This document shows, piece by piece, positions 42,619 through 55,914 of a stretch of 64,000 nucleotides of DNA; the first letter of the stretch is position 1; each line of letters starts with the position of its first letter. A model generated the notes under the pieces. The model saw only the letters and a list, made by a program, of their open reading frames with translations. It was not told the origin of the DNA and did no database searches. The position numbers and the translations under genes are program-made. The stretch covers positions 126,232,001 to 126,296,000 of the forward strand of contig OX597819.1 of the NCBI GenBank assembly GCA_951406725.2, given 5' to 3'. This DNA is from Octopus vulgaris (Eukaryota).

Positions 42619-43025
42619 ACCTATTTCTTTACTACCCACAAGGGGATAAACACAGAGGGAACAAACAAGGGCCCACAAACGGATTAAGTCGATTATATCG
42701 ACCCCAGTGCGTAACTGGTACTTATTTAGTCGACCCCGAAAGGATGAAAGGCAAAGTCGACCTCGGCGGAACTTGAACTCAGAACGTAGCGGCAGACGAA
42801 ATACCTATTTCTTTACTACCCACAAGGGGTTAAACACAGAGGGAACAAACAAGGGCAGACAAACGGATTAAGTCGATTATATCGACCACAGTGCGTAACT
42901 GGTACTTTATTTATCGACCCCGAAAGGATGAAAGGCAAAGTCAACCTCGGCGGAATTTGAACTCATAACGTAACGGCAGACGAAATACGGCTACACATTT
43001 CGCCCGGTGTGCTAACGTTTCTGCC
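42619..43025 (-). mobile_element. SINE family B tandem dimer
   Basis: Two units joined at gcagacgaaatacctatttc. Confidence 0.9.
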
Positions 43026-43361
43026 ATCAGTTATAAAGCATTGCTGTTAAAAATATCTCCCAGCGACTGCTCGTCATCAAAACCATAGGAAATATTAGGA
43101 ATCTTTATTAGCTGCTGCATAACCTCATATCATCATTAATCACCACTCGCCCGAAACATGTGCGAAATAATAAGGACCTACATAAATCCATTGATATCTA
43201 ATTGGGCTTCACGCGATATCTATTGTTAAGCTCAGATCAACCCAGATCCATGGGACCTAAAATCAAAGATAGACCATTCGTGATTATCCTGTCTTTCTAG
43301 AGTAGTGGTTCACAAAGGGTGTACTGCAAGGAGTATCTTGGTGCGTTGCGTATTTAAACTC

Positions 43362-43576
43362 TTACTCTTACACTTTACTCTTTTACTTGTTTCAGTTAGT
43401 TGACTGCGGCCATGCTGGAGCACCGCCTTTAGTCGAGCAAATTGACCCCGGGACGTATTCTTTGTAAGCCCAGTACTTATTCTATCGGTCTCTTTTGCCG
43501 AACCGCTAAGTGACGGGGACGTAAACACACCAGCATCGGTTGTCAAGTAATGCTAGGGGGACAAACCCAAACATAT

Positions 43577-43607
<31 letters not shown>

Positions 43608-43770
43608 CGACAGGCTTCTTTCAGTTTCCGTCAACCAGATCCACTCGCAAGGCATTGGTCGGCCCGAGGCTATAGCAGAAGACACTTGCCCGAGATGCCA
43701 CGCAGTGGGACTGAACCCGGAACCCTGTGGTTGGTAAGCAAGCTACTTACCACATAGCCACTCCTGCGCC
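43362..43770 (-). mobile_element. SINE family A, full length
   Basis: Head ggcgcaggagtggctatgtggtaag on the minus strand. Confidence 0.92.
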
Positions 43771-43933
43771 TATATATAATTTAAGACTTTGTCACTGCTG
43801 TTATCGTCATCTCAGCTGCATATTGTTCGTCTCCACCCAGGGAAATATCAGTGGAGAGCACGGTCATTGGTTTTCCGGGCCACGACTGATCCGGCATGTT
43901 AACACGTGTTTGTGTGTATATTATGGTATTTCA

Positions 43934-44164
43934 GGCGGTGAGCTGGCAGAAACGTTAGCACGCCGGGCGAAATGCGTAGCCGTATTTCGTCCGTCGTTAC
44001 ATTCTGAGTTCAAATTCCGCCGAGGTCGACTTTGCCTTTCATCCTTTCGGGGTCGATAAATTAAGTACCAGTTACGCACTGGGCTCGATATAATCGACTT
44101 AATCCGTTTGTCTGTTCTTGTTTGTCCCCTATGTGTTTAGCCCCTTGTGGGTAGTAAAGAAATA
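43934..44164 (+). mobile_element. SINE family B, full length
   Basis: TSD ggtatttca(g) at 43925 and 44165. Confidence 0.92.
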
Positions 44165-44349
44165 GGTATTTCAGTGGGCCTTAGAAATGTTTTGTTTTTC
44201 TCATCTCCTCTCCAAGCGTTCAGATTCTTACTAAGTTTAGCCTGCCAGTTGAGAATGGTCTTGGGGCCAAAAGTGAGAGTTAGGTAAAAACCAATGTACC
44301 CGTCCATCCTTAAGGATGTTGCTGCTAGTAACTAAGGTATTATCTCTAA

Positions 44350-45050
44350 CTGAACACTCCATTTCCAACCTGCACTTTGCTGGTGACATTGACCTGTGAG
44401 GTAGCAGTTAAGCAGAAGTACAGGAGCTCACTATCAGACAGGAAAAAGGATCAGGAGCATACGGGATGGAGGTCTTCCCAGAAAAGAGCAAGATTTTGGT
44501 TAACAGTAACAATCAAAACACAGCAACCAGCATTATGTTAAATAGAAAGAGAGACTTGGTGAAGTGGACACCTTCAAGTACCTAGGATCCATTTTGTCCA
44601 AGGATGACAGATCTCAAAAGGAGATAGCAACAATACTCAGTTTATCTTCTGTTGCCATGACGAAGCAGGACAACATATGGGAAAGCAATTCCACTAGTTT
44701 AGCAACTAGACATCCCGTACACTTCACAAAACGAACGGTTTTGTCAGGCAGCAAGTCGACGAATACGCTTGCAGACAGGAACCCCTCCTTGCGCTGGCAA
44801 AAAAGGCGAAAGCTTGCCTGGTCCGGTCACATATCACGCCACAACTCCTATCCAAAACCATTCCTCAGGACTAAGTTGAGCAAGGGCGAAACAGAAACAG
44901 AAAAAATCCTGTGTTGCGACGAAACAAGTTACAACACAGCAAACCTGCTGGGAATGACAAATAACAGAGACTAGTGGCGACGGCTGACTATGAAAGTGTC
45001 TAGAGTAGTACCCCAACAACTGGTTGGATCAGTTAAGGGATCTTGGTGTT
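44350..45050 (+). mobile_element. RTE-clade LINE fragment
   Basis: ISNLHFAGDIDL (degenerate FADD), YGMEV..EKSKILV, VDTFKYLGSILS, RRKLAWSGHISR. Confidence 0.8.
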
Positions 45051-45383
45051 GGTGATGCTTGATTTCCGACTTTAGAAAACCCTTTTTAATAGTTGAGAAC
45101 CTTGAATTCTTGTCAGTCCATGTTACTACCATGTACTCAAGCCGATTGAGTACATATCATCAGACACTAGTTGGTACTCATTATAACTTGCTTTCCTCAA
45201 CAGAGAGGAAGACCGGTGCCGTGGCTCAAGCGATATCTCGCGATGAGTAATCAACCTGTCTGAGTGCCCTTGACATTAGCAGAATCACACAAAATGACAC
45301 ACGCACACACAGAGTGAAAGAGAGAGAGAGCGATAGATTGACCCAATGATAGATATTAATATGTACACACACATATATATATG

Positions 45384-45681
<298 letters not shown>

Positions 45682-45891
45682 TTCTATGGATAGACAGATA
45701 GATAGAGAAAAGGAAGGAGGGAATGTAATGACCCGTGGATGGATTCCTTTGATTATATATAATAACAAAGTAAGTTCAATCTTTTGATGTTTTGATCTAT
45801 TTTACAACTGAGCATGATTGATTTATATATCTTTGTTTTTACATGTAAATGATACTATATTCCTTTTCTGGTCAGTGCAATTGTAGTAGTG

Positions 45892-45951
<60 letters not shown>

Positions 45952-46674
45952 CTACTACTACTACTAGCTCCTATCCCGTTGTGTTAAGGTGTTTGAAATT
46001 CTGGAAAGCCAAACCAACAAAAATCAATCGTATTTTTTTTGTATTATCAAACATCGATATGAAATCTTTGCTGAGTATAGTTTGTAATTGTATTAAAGTG
46101 TCACATTTTTGTAGCGTCTGTTCAGGGTTACTTTCTAGGAACCATTGATACAAGGTAAGATCCAATTAAGATATCTAGCAACTGATTGGCCTCGTGTTAT
46201 TCTATTTCTCTCCTTATCCTTCCATTTGTATTTTGTTAAGTCCGTCGCAACTGGATATTTTATTAGTCATAATCGCAAGACTTTCATTCAAGATATTTCC
46301 TCGTACTTGTACTTTAGTTGTAATCCTTAGCCATTTCCATATAAATTCGTAATACTAGATGGAAGTTTGTTCCATAATTTGGTTTAAAATAAACTGGAAG
46401 CAACTAATCTCTTTATTGCAAACAACAAGGATACTATTTGTATAGCAGCTTAACAACTATCAAATTGCACCATACCATTACCCAAAAGAAGTAAATATTG
46501 GTCGTCTGCTTTCTTACGTAAAAATACAAGATAATGGCGATTGAGCTGGCCTGTTCTAACCATACAGAACAACAAATAAATAAATATATTTTATTAAAAG
46601 CAATAAGTCGAACAAAATAGGTTTTTTTTCGAAGTCACGGCAGAGGTTAACACATAACAAGGTATATTGCCTTA

Positions 46675-47012
46675 AAGGCGGCGAGCTGGCAGAATCGTTA
46701 GCACGCCGGGCAAAATGCTTAGCGGTATTTCGTCTGCCGTTACGTTCTGAGTTCAAATTCCGCCGAGGTCGACTTTGCCTTTCATCCTTTCGGGGTCGAT
46801 TAAATAAGTACTAGTTTCGCACTGGAGTCGATGTAATCGACTTAATCCGTTTGTCTGTCCTTGTTTGTCCTCTCTGTGTTCAGCCCCTTGTGGGTAGTAA
46901 AGAAATAGATATTTCGCCTGTGGGTAGAAAAGAAATAGGTATTTCGCCTGTCGCCAAGAATTTCGGGCCTTATACCTCTCTGTGTTTAACCCCTTGTGTG
47001 TAGTAAAGAAAT
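46675..47012 (+). mobile_element. SINE family B with reiterated 3' ends
   Basis: 15-bp TSD aggtatattgcctta at 46660-46674 and 47013-47027. The tail ...aaagaaatag occurs three times. Confidence 0.9.
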
Positions 47013-47088
47013 AGGTATATTGCCTTAGATAGATAGACAGATGGATAGGTAGATGGTAGATAGATAGATAGACAGATAGATAGATAGG

Positions 47089-47119
<31 letters not shown>

Positions 47120-48224
47120 GTAGATAGATAGATAGATAGATAGATAGACATATGGAGATATGGGCAGAAAAATAGACAGACCGATGGGGGCAAGATAATA
47201 GGTGGTATGACGTTGGCTTCTGTAGCAGTGGTGGTGATGGTGGAGGTGTGAGTGTCACTTTGGATTTTTATTGTAAGAGGTTTAACCATGTTCTACGAAC
47301 AGGTAACTCCAGGACTTATCTAAGTTCCTAAATTTGACAATTGCTAAACGTCACATTGTTAATTTACAGATAGTTTTACAGAAAACCGTGACATTGTATT
47401 AAGTTTCTATATTTCTGGTAGTATCTCATAAAGGTACTGGTTTAGACTGCGGTAGCCAACCTGTAACAGAAGTAGAAAGGATAGACCTGATGGGATTTGT
47501 GTGGTTTGTATTTCTTTTAAACTGCATTTTACTTGAGCTGCCTGTGTTTGAAATCCAGAAGCAAACCTGTTTTGCACGTAATGTTTAACAGACCTCGTAG
47601 AAGCCATTAAATATTAATTTATTACTTCTTAATATATTCTTCGTAGGATGTGATTGCGTTCTCACTAACCCGCTTCACAGAGAAATTCGATATCCTAATG
47701 ATTTATGAAATAAATCACTGGCGTCAATTACTTTGAGACGTCATCCGGTCTATTTAGTTATTCTCTCGTCACTACTTCAGCAAACTCGGTGAAGTCTATG
47801 TCTCGTTGAAGAAATCTAATAAGAACAAAACATGTCGGAAGTTGTCTCCTGTACTTGCCGAAATTAATATATGATTAACTATTGACCAAATGTCTTCTTT
47901 TTACACTGTAATTTTTCTGTATTAGTTATACATACATACATACATACATACATACTTACATACATACATACATACTTACATACTTACATACATACATACA
48001 TAATACTTACATACATACATACATGCATGCATGCATACATACATACATACATACATAGATGCATGCATACATACATACATGCATACATACATACATAGAT
48101 ATATACATGCATACATACATACATGCATGCATGCATACATACATACATACATACATACATACATACATACATACATGCATATTTACATACATACATGCAT
48201 ACATACATACATACGTGCATACAT

Positions 48225-48782
48225 GATGATGGCCGTCCACTCGTGACCGAGGAAGACCATTGCCGACCTTCAGGAACTCTGTGCGCTCTAGGACTAACTT
48301 ATATTTTGCATTTGCGGCTCCGTTGATGGCTAATGAGCCCTGCTCTTGACAAGCATACACGACTGCAAATATTGCAGACCAAGCTTTCCCCATTCACTAT
48401 ACGAGCCGTGCGCTTTCGCGCAGCTCGCTTAAGTTCTTCATGCTGGATACGTGCTCTCTCAAAAGTGTCGATCCTGTCCTTAACCTGCTTCCTCTATCTG
48501 TGGCGATGACAGGCATTGTTCTCCCAGTCAGTGTCCTGCACATCACAGGCCTTGACATAACGAGGACTTGACACAGTCCTTAAATCGCAGCCTTGGTTTC
48601 TGCCGGAGTCTCCTTCCATTCACAAGTTCTCCATAGAGCATCTGCTTAGGAATCCTTCTATCCTCCATTCTAATAAGGTGTCCAATCCAACGCAACAGGT
48701 GCATGTGTACCATCGCCTCAATACTCAGGATATCAGCTGTCCTCAGGATCTGTGGGTCTGGAATTTTTGAGGTCCAGCCAAC
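48225..48782 (-). mobile_element. RTE-clade LINE 3' fragment
   Basis: LRWIGHLIRMEDRRIPKQMLYGELVNGRRLRQKPRLRFKD; (CAT)n tail. Confidence 0.9.
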
Positions 48783-49221
48783 ATTGCTGTATATGTTCCT
48801 CACACTAGATGACATATATATATACATATGTACATACATTCATAGATACATACATACATACATACACTGTAATTTTTCTGTATTAGTTATACATACATAC
48901 ATACATACATACATACATACATACATACATACATACATAGATATATACATGCATACATACATGCATGCATACATACATACATACATACATACATGCATAC
49001 ATGCATGCACATACATACATACATACATACATACATACATACATACATACATACATACATACATGCATGCATACATACATGCATACATACATACATACAT
49101 ACGTACATACATACATACATACATACATACATACATACACACATACATACATATATACATACATACATACATGCATGCATACATACATGCATACATACAT
49201 ACATACACATATATATATATA

Positions 49222-49507
49222 TATCTTTTATTCTTTTATGCGCTTCATCTCAAAGGCTGTGGCCATGCTGGGGTACCGCCAATATTATCACCTTTTCAAT
49301 GGTCATTCAATGGTGATTGGCTTTTGAGTTTCTTTGCTGTGATGTAGGCTCATCAGGGACCTGGGCAGCAGGCGGTCAAGTTGCTTCTTAAAAGCATCCA
49401 CCCCCACTCCATGCAGCTCTCTCAGGTGTTTTGATAATATATTAAATAACCGCGGGCTCCTGAATCCTAAGCTATTGCTGTATATGTTCCTCACACTAGA
49501 TGACATA
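49222..49507 (-). mobile_element. CR1/L2-group LINE 3' fragment
   Basis: NSLGFRSPRLFNILSKHLRELHGVGVDAFKKQLD; tail ggcggtaccccagcatggccacagc. Confidence 0.8.
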
Positions 49508-49541
49508 CATACATACATACATACATACATACATACATACA

Positions 49542-49577
<36 letters not shown>

Positions 49578-49689
49578 TATATATACACATACACACACAC
49601 ACGCACACGCAGACCTCCGCGCACGCACATATCCACACTTACACACACATTCCTCCTCCTCTACTACTCTCCTGTCTTTGAAAGAACCA

Positions 49690-49938
49690 CTCTCCTGTTT
49701 TTGAAAGAACTTTTATTCACCCATTTCCTTCCGGTCATTCAAAATGTGACCGCGTGTGTACCGTTGGCGATTTTTTTCCCTCTGTCTTCCCTTCTCTGGA
49801 TCTTTCCTTCTCCTATGTTTCCGACGAAGAGCTCCGCTCAAAACGTTAAACCCTCCTTCTTTCCTTCTTTCCTGTAATACTATATTTGTTCCACGTCCTC
49901 GCGTTGTTGTGTTTTTTTTTGTGCTTTCTTGTTTGGAT

Positions 49939-49942
<4 letters not shown>
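49690..49942 (+). mobile_element. Family D-related element with decayed minimal hammerhead
   Basis: gttt-ccgacga-a-gagc-tcc-gctc-aaaa-cgtt-aaac (49817-49851), followed by (TA)n. Confidence 0.6.
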
Positions 49943-49992
<50 letters not shown>

Positions 49993-50489
49993 CATATATA
50001 TATATTGCATAGCGTTAAACTTATTAACACTAACTTGTCTAGCGATATATTATATCGATATATTATATTGACACGAGACCTCAGATTTGTTTTAGGAGAC
50101 AATGAGGATAGCAAATTGAATTGACAACAGTATATATGTCAAATGACATTCTTTCTAACAATAACTATTTAATTTGGGAATCAATCTCACAGCATGGCTC
50201 ATTGGATGCATACAACTTCCTAACTTCAGGGCGACCAAAACCTTCTACGTAGAAGTTGCTTAACGGAAAGTGTATGAGAACACCTCGGGGTCACAGTTCC
50301 TGTCGGCAGGTGAGGTCAGAGACTTAATCCCTCGCCCCAATTTAACGTCACCATCTGTTCCATAAGCGTCTTAGGTGGAATTAAATGCGTGTAAGCATTC
50401 AGACCAAATCTCTGATCTGAAGATAGCTTCCTTCGGTTACTCCTACAAGGCTCAGAAGCAATGTAAAAAAAGTTAAAAGATTTCGGCTG

Positions 50490-50797
50490 CTGTTTGTTTG
50501 TTTGTTAAGCGAAGCAGTCTTCGTCCCCGTTGTGGGAGAAGTCCGAAACGTGGTCCTTTGCTATTCGTAAGACCCGCAGAAGAGAAAGCAGGTCAACCTC
50601 CGACACCGAGAGCATCGACGGATGGATGAATACGCGTCCAGGCTCAGCGGTTGCGTAGGAAGTCAGGGACAAGAAACAGGAAGAAAGAGTGAGAGAAAGT
50701 TGGAGCGAAAGAGTACAACAGGGGTCGCCACCACCCCCTGCTGGAGCCTCGTGGAGCTTTAGGTGTTTTCGCTCAATAAACACACACAACGCCCGGT
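50490..50797 (-). mobile_element. SINE family C, tail type 1, head truncated
   Basis: Reverse complement of 10515-10823. Confidence 0.88.
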
Positions 50798-51207
50798 GCG
50801 GCTGCTGTCAATCCTCCTCCAATGAAGCCATTAAAAAAAACTATCAAAGATACACACAAAATATTGATTTCTAACGTCGAATCAAAACTTCAAATCTTGT
50901 AGATGTGGACAATCGCTTATATAGATTCTCTTACTTAATACTTTATCTTATGGCCCCAGTACAACACAGGTATTTTATTTTATCGACGCTATAATTTGAT
51001 TGATAGTTCAATTTATCGACCTTGATGCAAGATTTAAACACAGATCGTAAACAACCGGAATAAATACCGCAAGGTGTTTAAAAAAAACAAAAAAAAATAA
51101 ACAAAAAATACGGGTTTTCAGTTTGCTAATATGGGTTAAATGGGAAATGACGTAAGTGTTAGTACCCTGGTACTAATGCAAAACCATTAACAAGGTTATA
51201 TGTATGA

Positions 51208-51397
51208 TAGGGAGTGTTTATGAAAAAAACAAAAGACGAAGACAGGTGGTGTACAAAACAAACAAATGTATTAGTATAACGCTCAGGAATAGAAAAAGTC
51301 TTTTACGTTTCGAGCCTACGCTCTTCTACAGAGAGGGACACAGAAAAAACTAGGAGAGAAAAAAACGTGTGTAGTGGCTAACGATCTATCATGGCGA
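51208..51397 (-). mobile_element. Family D element with minimal hammerhead-like motif
   Basis: Minus strand reads ctct-ctgtaga-a-gagc-gtag-gctc-gaaa-cgta-aaag (51300-51335). Confidence 0.82.
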
Positions 51398-51773
51398 CGA
51401 CTGAATGTTACCAATGATAAGTCAACGCCACTGGATTGGTCATATTGTATAACGTACAACTTTCTTATCCAGCTATGCTCGCTTACATTTTATAGTTGCA
51501 TATGTTTCCCACGTTGAAATATAATTGGTTGCAATTCACTGTTGTACATATGTGATAATTATCACAATAAATTGTGTTGATTTTTTTCTTTATGCAAATG
51601 AACAGCGGCTTGTGCTCTATGCACAGGTGTGCAAATGCGACAATTTATGACATAGAATAAGTTTGTTAGGCAGAATGAATACGCTTGTTTACTGAGGCGA
51701 GAACCTGCTGCGTGAAATGTGTAAGTGCATGAAAGGGGATAAAGCGGTTATGATCAATCAGTCAATCAATCAA

Positions 51774-51852
<79 letters not shown>

Positions 51853-51853
<1 letters not shown>

Positions 51854-54036
51854 ATGCTCAAAATATGCAGTATTGGGAATCGCCTTGGAAACAAGGCTGT
51901 CTGTTAAATGACATCAAGTCACAGAATCTGCATATCATAGCCATCAGCGAGACCAGATTCTACAGCCCGCGGGCCCTCGAGCACATGTTCGGTGGACATT
52001 TCGACATTTGTTTTTCTTCGTGTCTGCCGGGAATAGACGGAGGTTGCATCGCGGTGCTCCTTCAGAAAACTCTGGACCTCAACATAAGAGCAATTGTCCT
52101 GGACCCGGTGAGTAGTCTAGTCGTCTTCGATGTCGATAGCAGTAATGGGTGTGCTTTTCGACGTCTAGAGGTTTTCCTGGGAACGTTTCGACCTTTACTT
52201 TTAGTGGGAAATTGAAGATTTTGGCCAATGTATTAGCCGAGTGGTTGGCGCTTGTCATCGTGAGACTGGTGTAGAAGGCGCAAACGTGCGCCGTGCCGGG
52301 TAGGAGGATCCATGACAACCTCCATCTGATGCGCTACATCATAGACATGGTAGTTAAGGAACCTGGCATGGATGGGGCTCTGATCAATTTGGATTAATCA
52401 AAAGCTTTCGATAGGGTAGACCATCACTATTTGGAGGTTGTCCTTAGAACGGCTGGTTTCGGTCCCATCTTCCGCGGTTGGATCGCTGCCTTATACAGCA
52501 GCATCTACTCGGTAGTTCGCATGAATGGTCATCTGTCCAGACCTTTTAACATCACGCGATCGGTTCGTCCAGGATGCCCCCTTTCGTCACTTCTGTACGT
52601 ATTAACACTAGAGACTCTACTGCGGAAGCTAGCGACACTGAGGAGCATCCCGCGAGAGATGGGATGCGGGAGGAGCGTGTCTGCATACGCGGACGATGTC
52701 ACCGTCATAGTGTCGAGCCACAGGCATATCGACCTGGTCAGCGAGACACTAAAAGAATACGAAGCAGTAACGAGAGCAAAAATTAACTGGGAAAAGTCAG
52801 TGGACTTGCAGCTCGGCACCTAGAGAAGCAAGCCCATGTCGTTCAACAGCGTCTCCATTGTGGGACGCTTGACCGACGGACCGATTAAATTGCTCGGAGT
52901 CTGGTTCGGTCCGGACCTCCAAATGGAGAAGAACTGGGGCGAGATAACAACTCGAGTGGCCACTCTTACCCAGCAATGGGGCGAGAGAAAGCTATCCCTA
53001 AAAGGTCGGGCAGAGGTGGCGAAAGCGTACACCGCATCCGTCATCGATTACCGTCTGACCGTCGTGCCTTGTCCCGACCATCAAACTGGAACGCATACCA
53101 TTCCACATTTTGTGGAAAGGAAGCGTTCTAATGGTCAGACGATCCATTTGCTGTCAACACCCGCTAAATGGAGGGCTAGGCATGCCGTAGTTGAAGATAC
53201 GCAGACATGCGCTGAGACTGCGACATCTCCGGTGCTTTATAGACTACGGTAAACAGGTGTGGTCGCCGTTTGTGCGGCGCGCTTTCCCGCTGCTCGTCTC
53301 TTTGGCCGAACTGCAGTCGTGGATCAACGAGAGACCGAGGCTAGGCGAATAGCACCACGAGTGCCGCCTTGCTCTCAAGCAACTTTGCCGTCCGGGACCA
53401 ATCTTGTGTGACTTCAACTCCACAAAGGCGTTCTATAGAGGATTAGTGGAGGGGAAGTGCGATGACGTTCTCGGGCAGAATCTGGTCGTCGCCGAGGAAC
53501 ACCTGTTGGCTTATGCCGAACGGCTGCTGTCACGTGTGGGACGAGTCCGCCTGTCGGCCGAGTCTATCCACGGGACTGCTCCGCCACCTTCCCTTAAACG
53601 GGAAGGCAAGGCAGTCTTCATCGAACTGGTGGCCATGGTGAAAGAATGTGTGGTGGGCTCGAGCGAAAGGTGTAGAGAGAAACACTTAACTCTCTGGTCA
53701 ATCGCTCATCAACTTTTTCAAGTACCACTTGAAAAGGAAGGTGAGAATAGAGAGGCAAGTTTTGTCTCGTGAAAGTTTCAATAAAAGGTGGGTGAATGTA
53801 GCAAAGATGGTACGTGCGAATGACGAAACCACTTCGAAGAGAGAGAGAGGGAGAGAGAGAGAGCACTTTGCTCTCGTGATTATTCCCTCCCGGTCTTTTT
53901 ACACTTTAAAACTTTTTTCTGATACACGATCCCTTTTGATCGGAATTTTATTTTTCTCCTTTTTTTTCCGAAAAGAAAAGCTCTACATTGTATTTTGTCC
54001 CCTCTGTGTTCGGCCCTGTGTGGCTAATAAAGAAAT

Positions 54037-54037
<1 letters not shown>
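51853..54037 (+). mobile_element. Tx1/L1-clade LINE, decayed and internally deleted
   Basis: APE endonuclease motif IIAISETR; RT motifs KAFDRVDH, VRPGCPLS, AYADDVTV, KLLGVWFG; multiple stops and frameshifts; flanked by (CTAT)n on both sides. Confidence 0.9.
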
Positions 54038-54076
<39 letters not shown>

Positions 54077-54446
54077 AATAAATCGTTTATTATCAGTGGA
54101 ACTCAAAGTAGATAAAGCTATGAATGATCCTTTCTAATATAGCACAAGGCCAGCAGGTTCTGGGGATGTGACTAGTCGATTACAATCGCCATCCCCCAGT
54201 ACCCGACTGGTATTTATTTGATCGAGCTAGAAAGGAAGAAAGATAAAGTCGACCTCGGCGGAAATTGGATTCAGAACATTTCTGCAGCTGGTCGCCTTAG
54301 ACAAAACTATATATAATATTAGGTTTAAAAAACCCTAGGATACATACGTACACACATACATACATACATGCATACATACATACATACATACATACATACA
54401 TACATACAAACGTACATACATACATACATATATAATACATCAGCAT

Positions 54447-54636
54447 TCGCCATGATAGATCGCAAGCCACTAAACCTTTTTTTCATTTTCTCCCCCTGTT
54501 TATTTCTGTGTTCCTTTCTGTCGAAGAGCGTAGGCTCGAAACGTAAAAGACCTTCACACTTCCCGAGCGTTAAACTAATACATATGTTTGTTGTTACACC
54601 CGTCTTCGTCTTAAGTTATTTTGTAAATTCTCACCA
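54447..54636 (+). mobile_element. Family D element with minimal hammerhead-like motif
   Basis: cttt-ctgtcga-a-gagc-gtag-gctc-gaaa-cgta-aaag (54514-54549), followed by (TA)n. Confidence 0.82.
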
Positions 54637-54840
54637 TATATATATATATATATATATATATTTAACAATTAAGGACAATTAAGTCTTGTATCACAGGTGA
54701 TACAAGACTAAATTCATTTTTTAAATGTCTTGCTTTGAAAAATTGCATTGGGTATGATTAGTAAAATTTTTGGTAGAAATGACTGATGTCCCTCTTAGCG
54801 TGAGGCATGTATGTATAATAATGCCCTCTATATATAAATA

Positions 54841-54880
<40 letters not shown>

Positions 54881-54882
<2 letters not shown>

Positions 54883-55243
54883 CGCAGGAGTGGCTGTGTG
54901 GTAAGTAGCTTGCTACGAACCACATGGTTCAGGGTTCAGTCCCACTGCGTGGCACCTTGGGCAAGTGTCTTCTACTATAGCCTCGGGCCGACCAAAGCAT
55001 TGTGAGTGGATTTGGTAGACGGAAACTGAAAGAAGCCCGTCGTATATATGTATATATCTATATATGTATGTGTGTGTGTTTGCGTGTCTGTGTTTATCGC
55101 TTGACAACCGATGCTGGTGTGTTTACGTCCCCGTAACTTTGCAGTTTGGCAAAAGAGGAACCGATAGATTAAGACTAAAGGCGGTGCTCCAGCCTGGCCG
55201 CAGTCAAATGACTGAAACAAGTAAAAGAGTAAAAGAGTAAAGA
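54881..55243 (+). mobile_element. SINE family A
   Basis: Full head ggcgcaggagtggctgtgtggtaag, inserted in (TA)n. Confidence 0.92.
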
Positions 55244-55244
55244 G

Positions 55245-55275
<31 letters not shown>

Positions 55276-55914
55276 ACACTCACACACACATGCAAGAATA
55301 ATGAGAAAGAGAGAGATTCGCACACACAATAAGTATAGAAACTCAATTAGGTGCGTGTATGTAATTGTGAGCGATACTTGTGTACGGAGTCACACACACA
55401 TACATGTTGACGCATACAGACAGACAAGCACACACATGTACAAAGCAGGCAGACACAGAGTTATCATGATACATTTGTGAGAATGTTTGTTCATAGGCAT
55501 ACGTTGCAGCTCAGCTGTCACAGGTGACTGGTTTTGCATGTGGGAAAGTTTGTCATCAGCTACCCTTTGTTATTTTAAGGGGAGAATGAAACCGAACGAG
55601 AGAAAGAGAATGGGGGGAAGAAAGAAAGAAAGAAAGAAAGAGACAAGCATACACATACAGTGGTGTGCGTGAGAGAGAGAAAGAGAAAGAGTGAGAGAGA
55701 GAAAGAGAGTGCGAGGGGCGGTGTTGGGGGCAGAGGAAGAGACTGATACAGAGTGTTTCGAGGCAACAAGTGTGCTGATTGGCAATGTTATCCACTATTG
55801 GCAATGTTTCTCAAATTCTTGCTGGCATCTAATATCACCATTTTTCAAAATTCTGCTGCGATGAATTCCATTTTGTTGACAGTTCGGTGTAGTTTATCAA
55901 GAGAAAGAGAAAGA

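Noticed and set aside
47407-47485. Minus-strand acceptor-like site (cttctgttacag) with a short frame (GWLPQSKPVPL* or VGYRSLNQYLYEILPEI*)
   Set aside because: No recognisable homology or partner exons.
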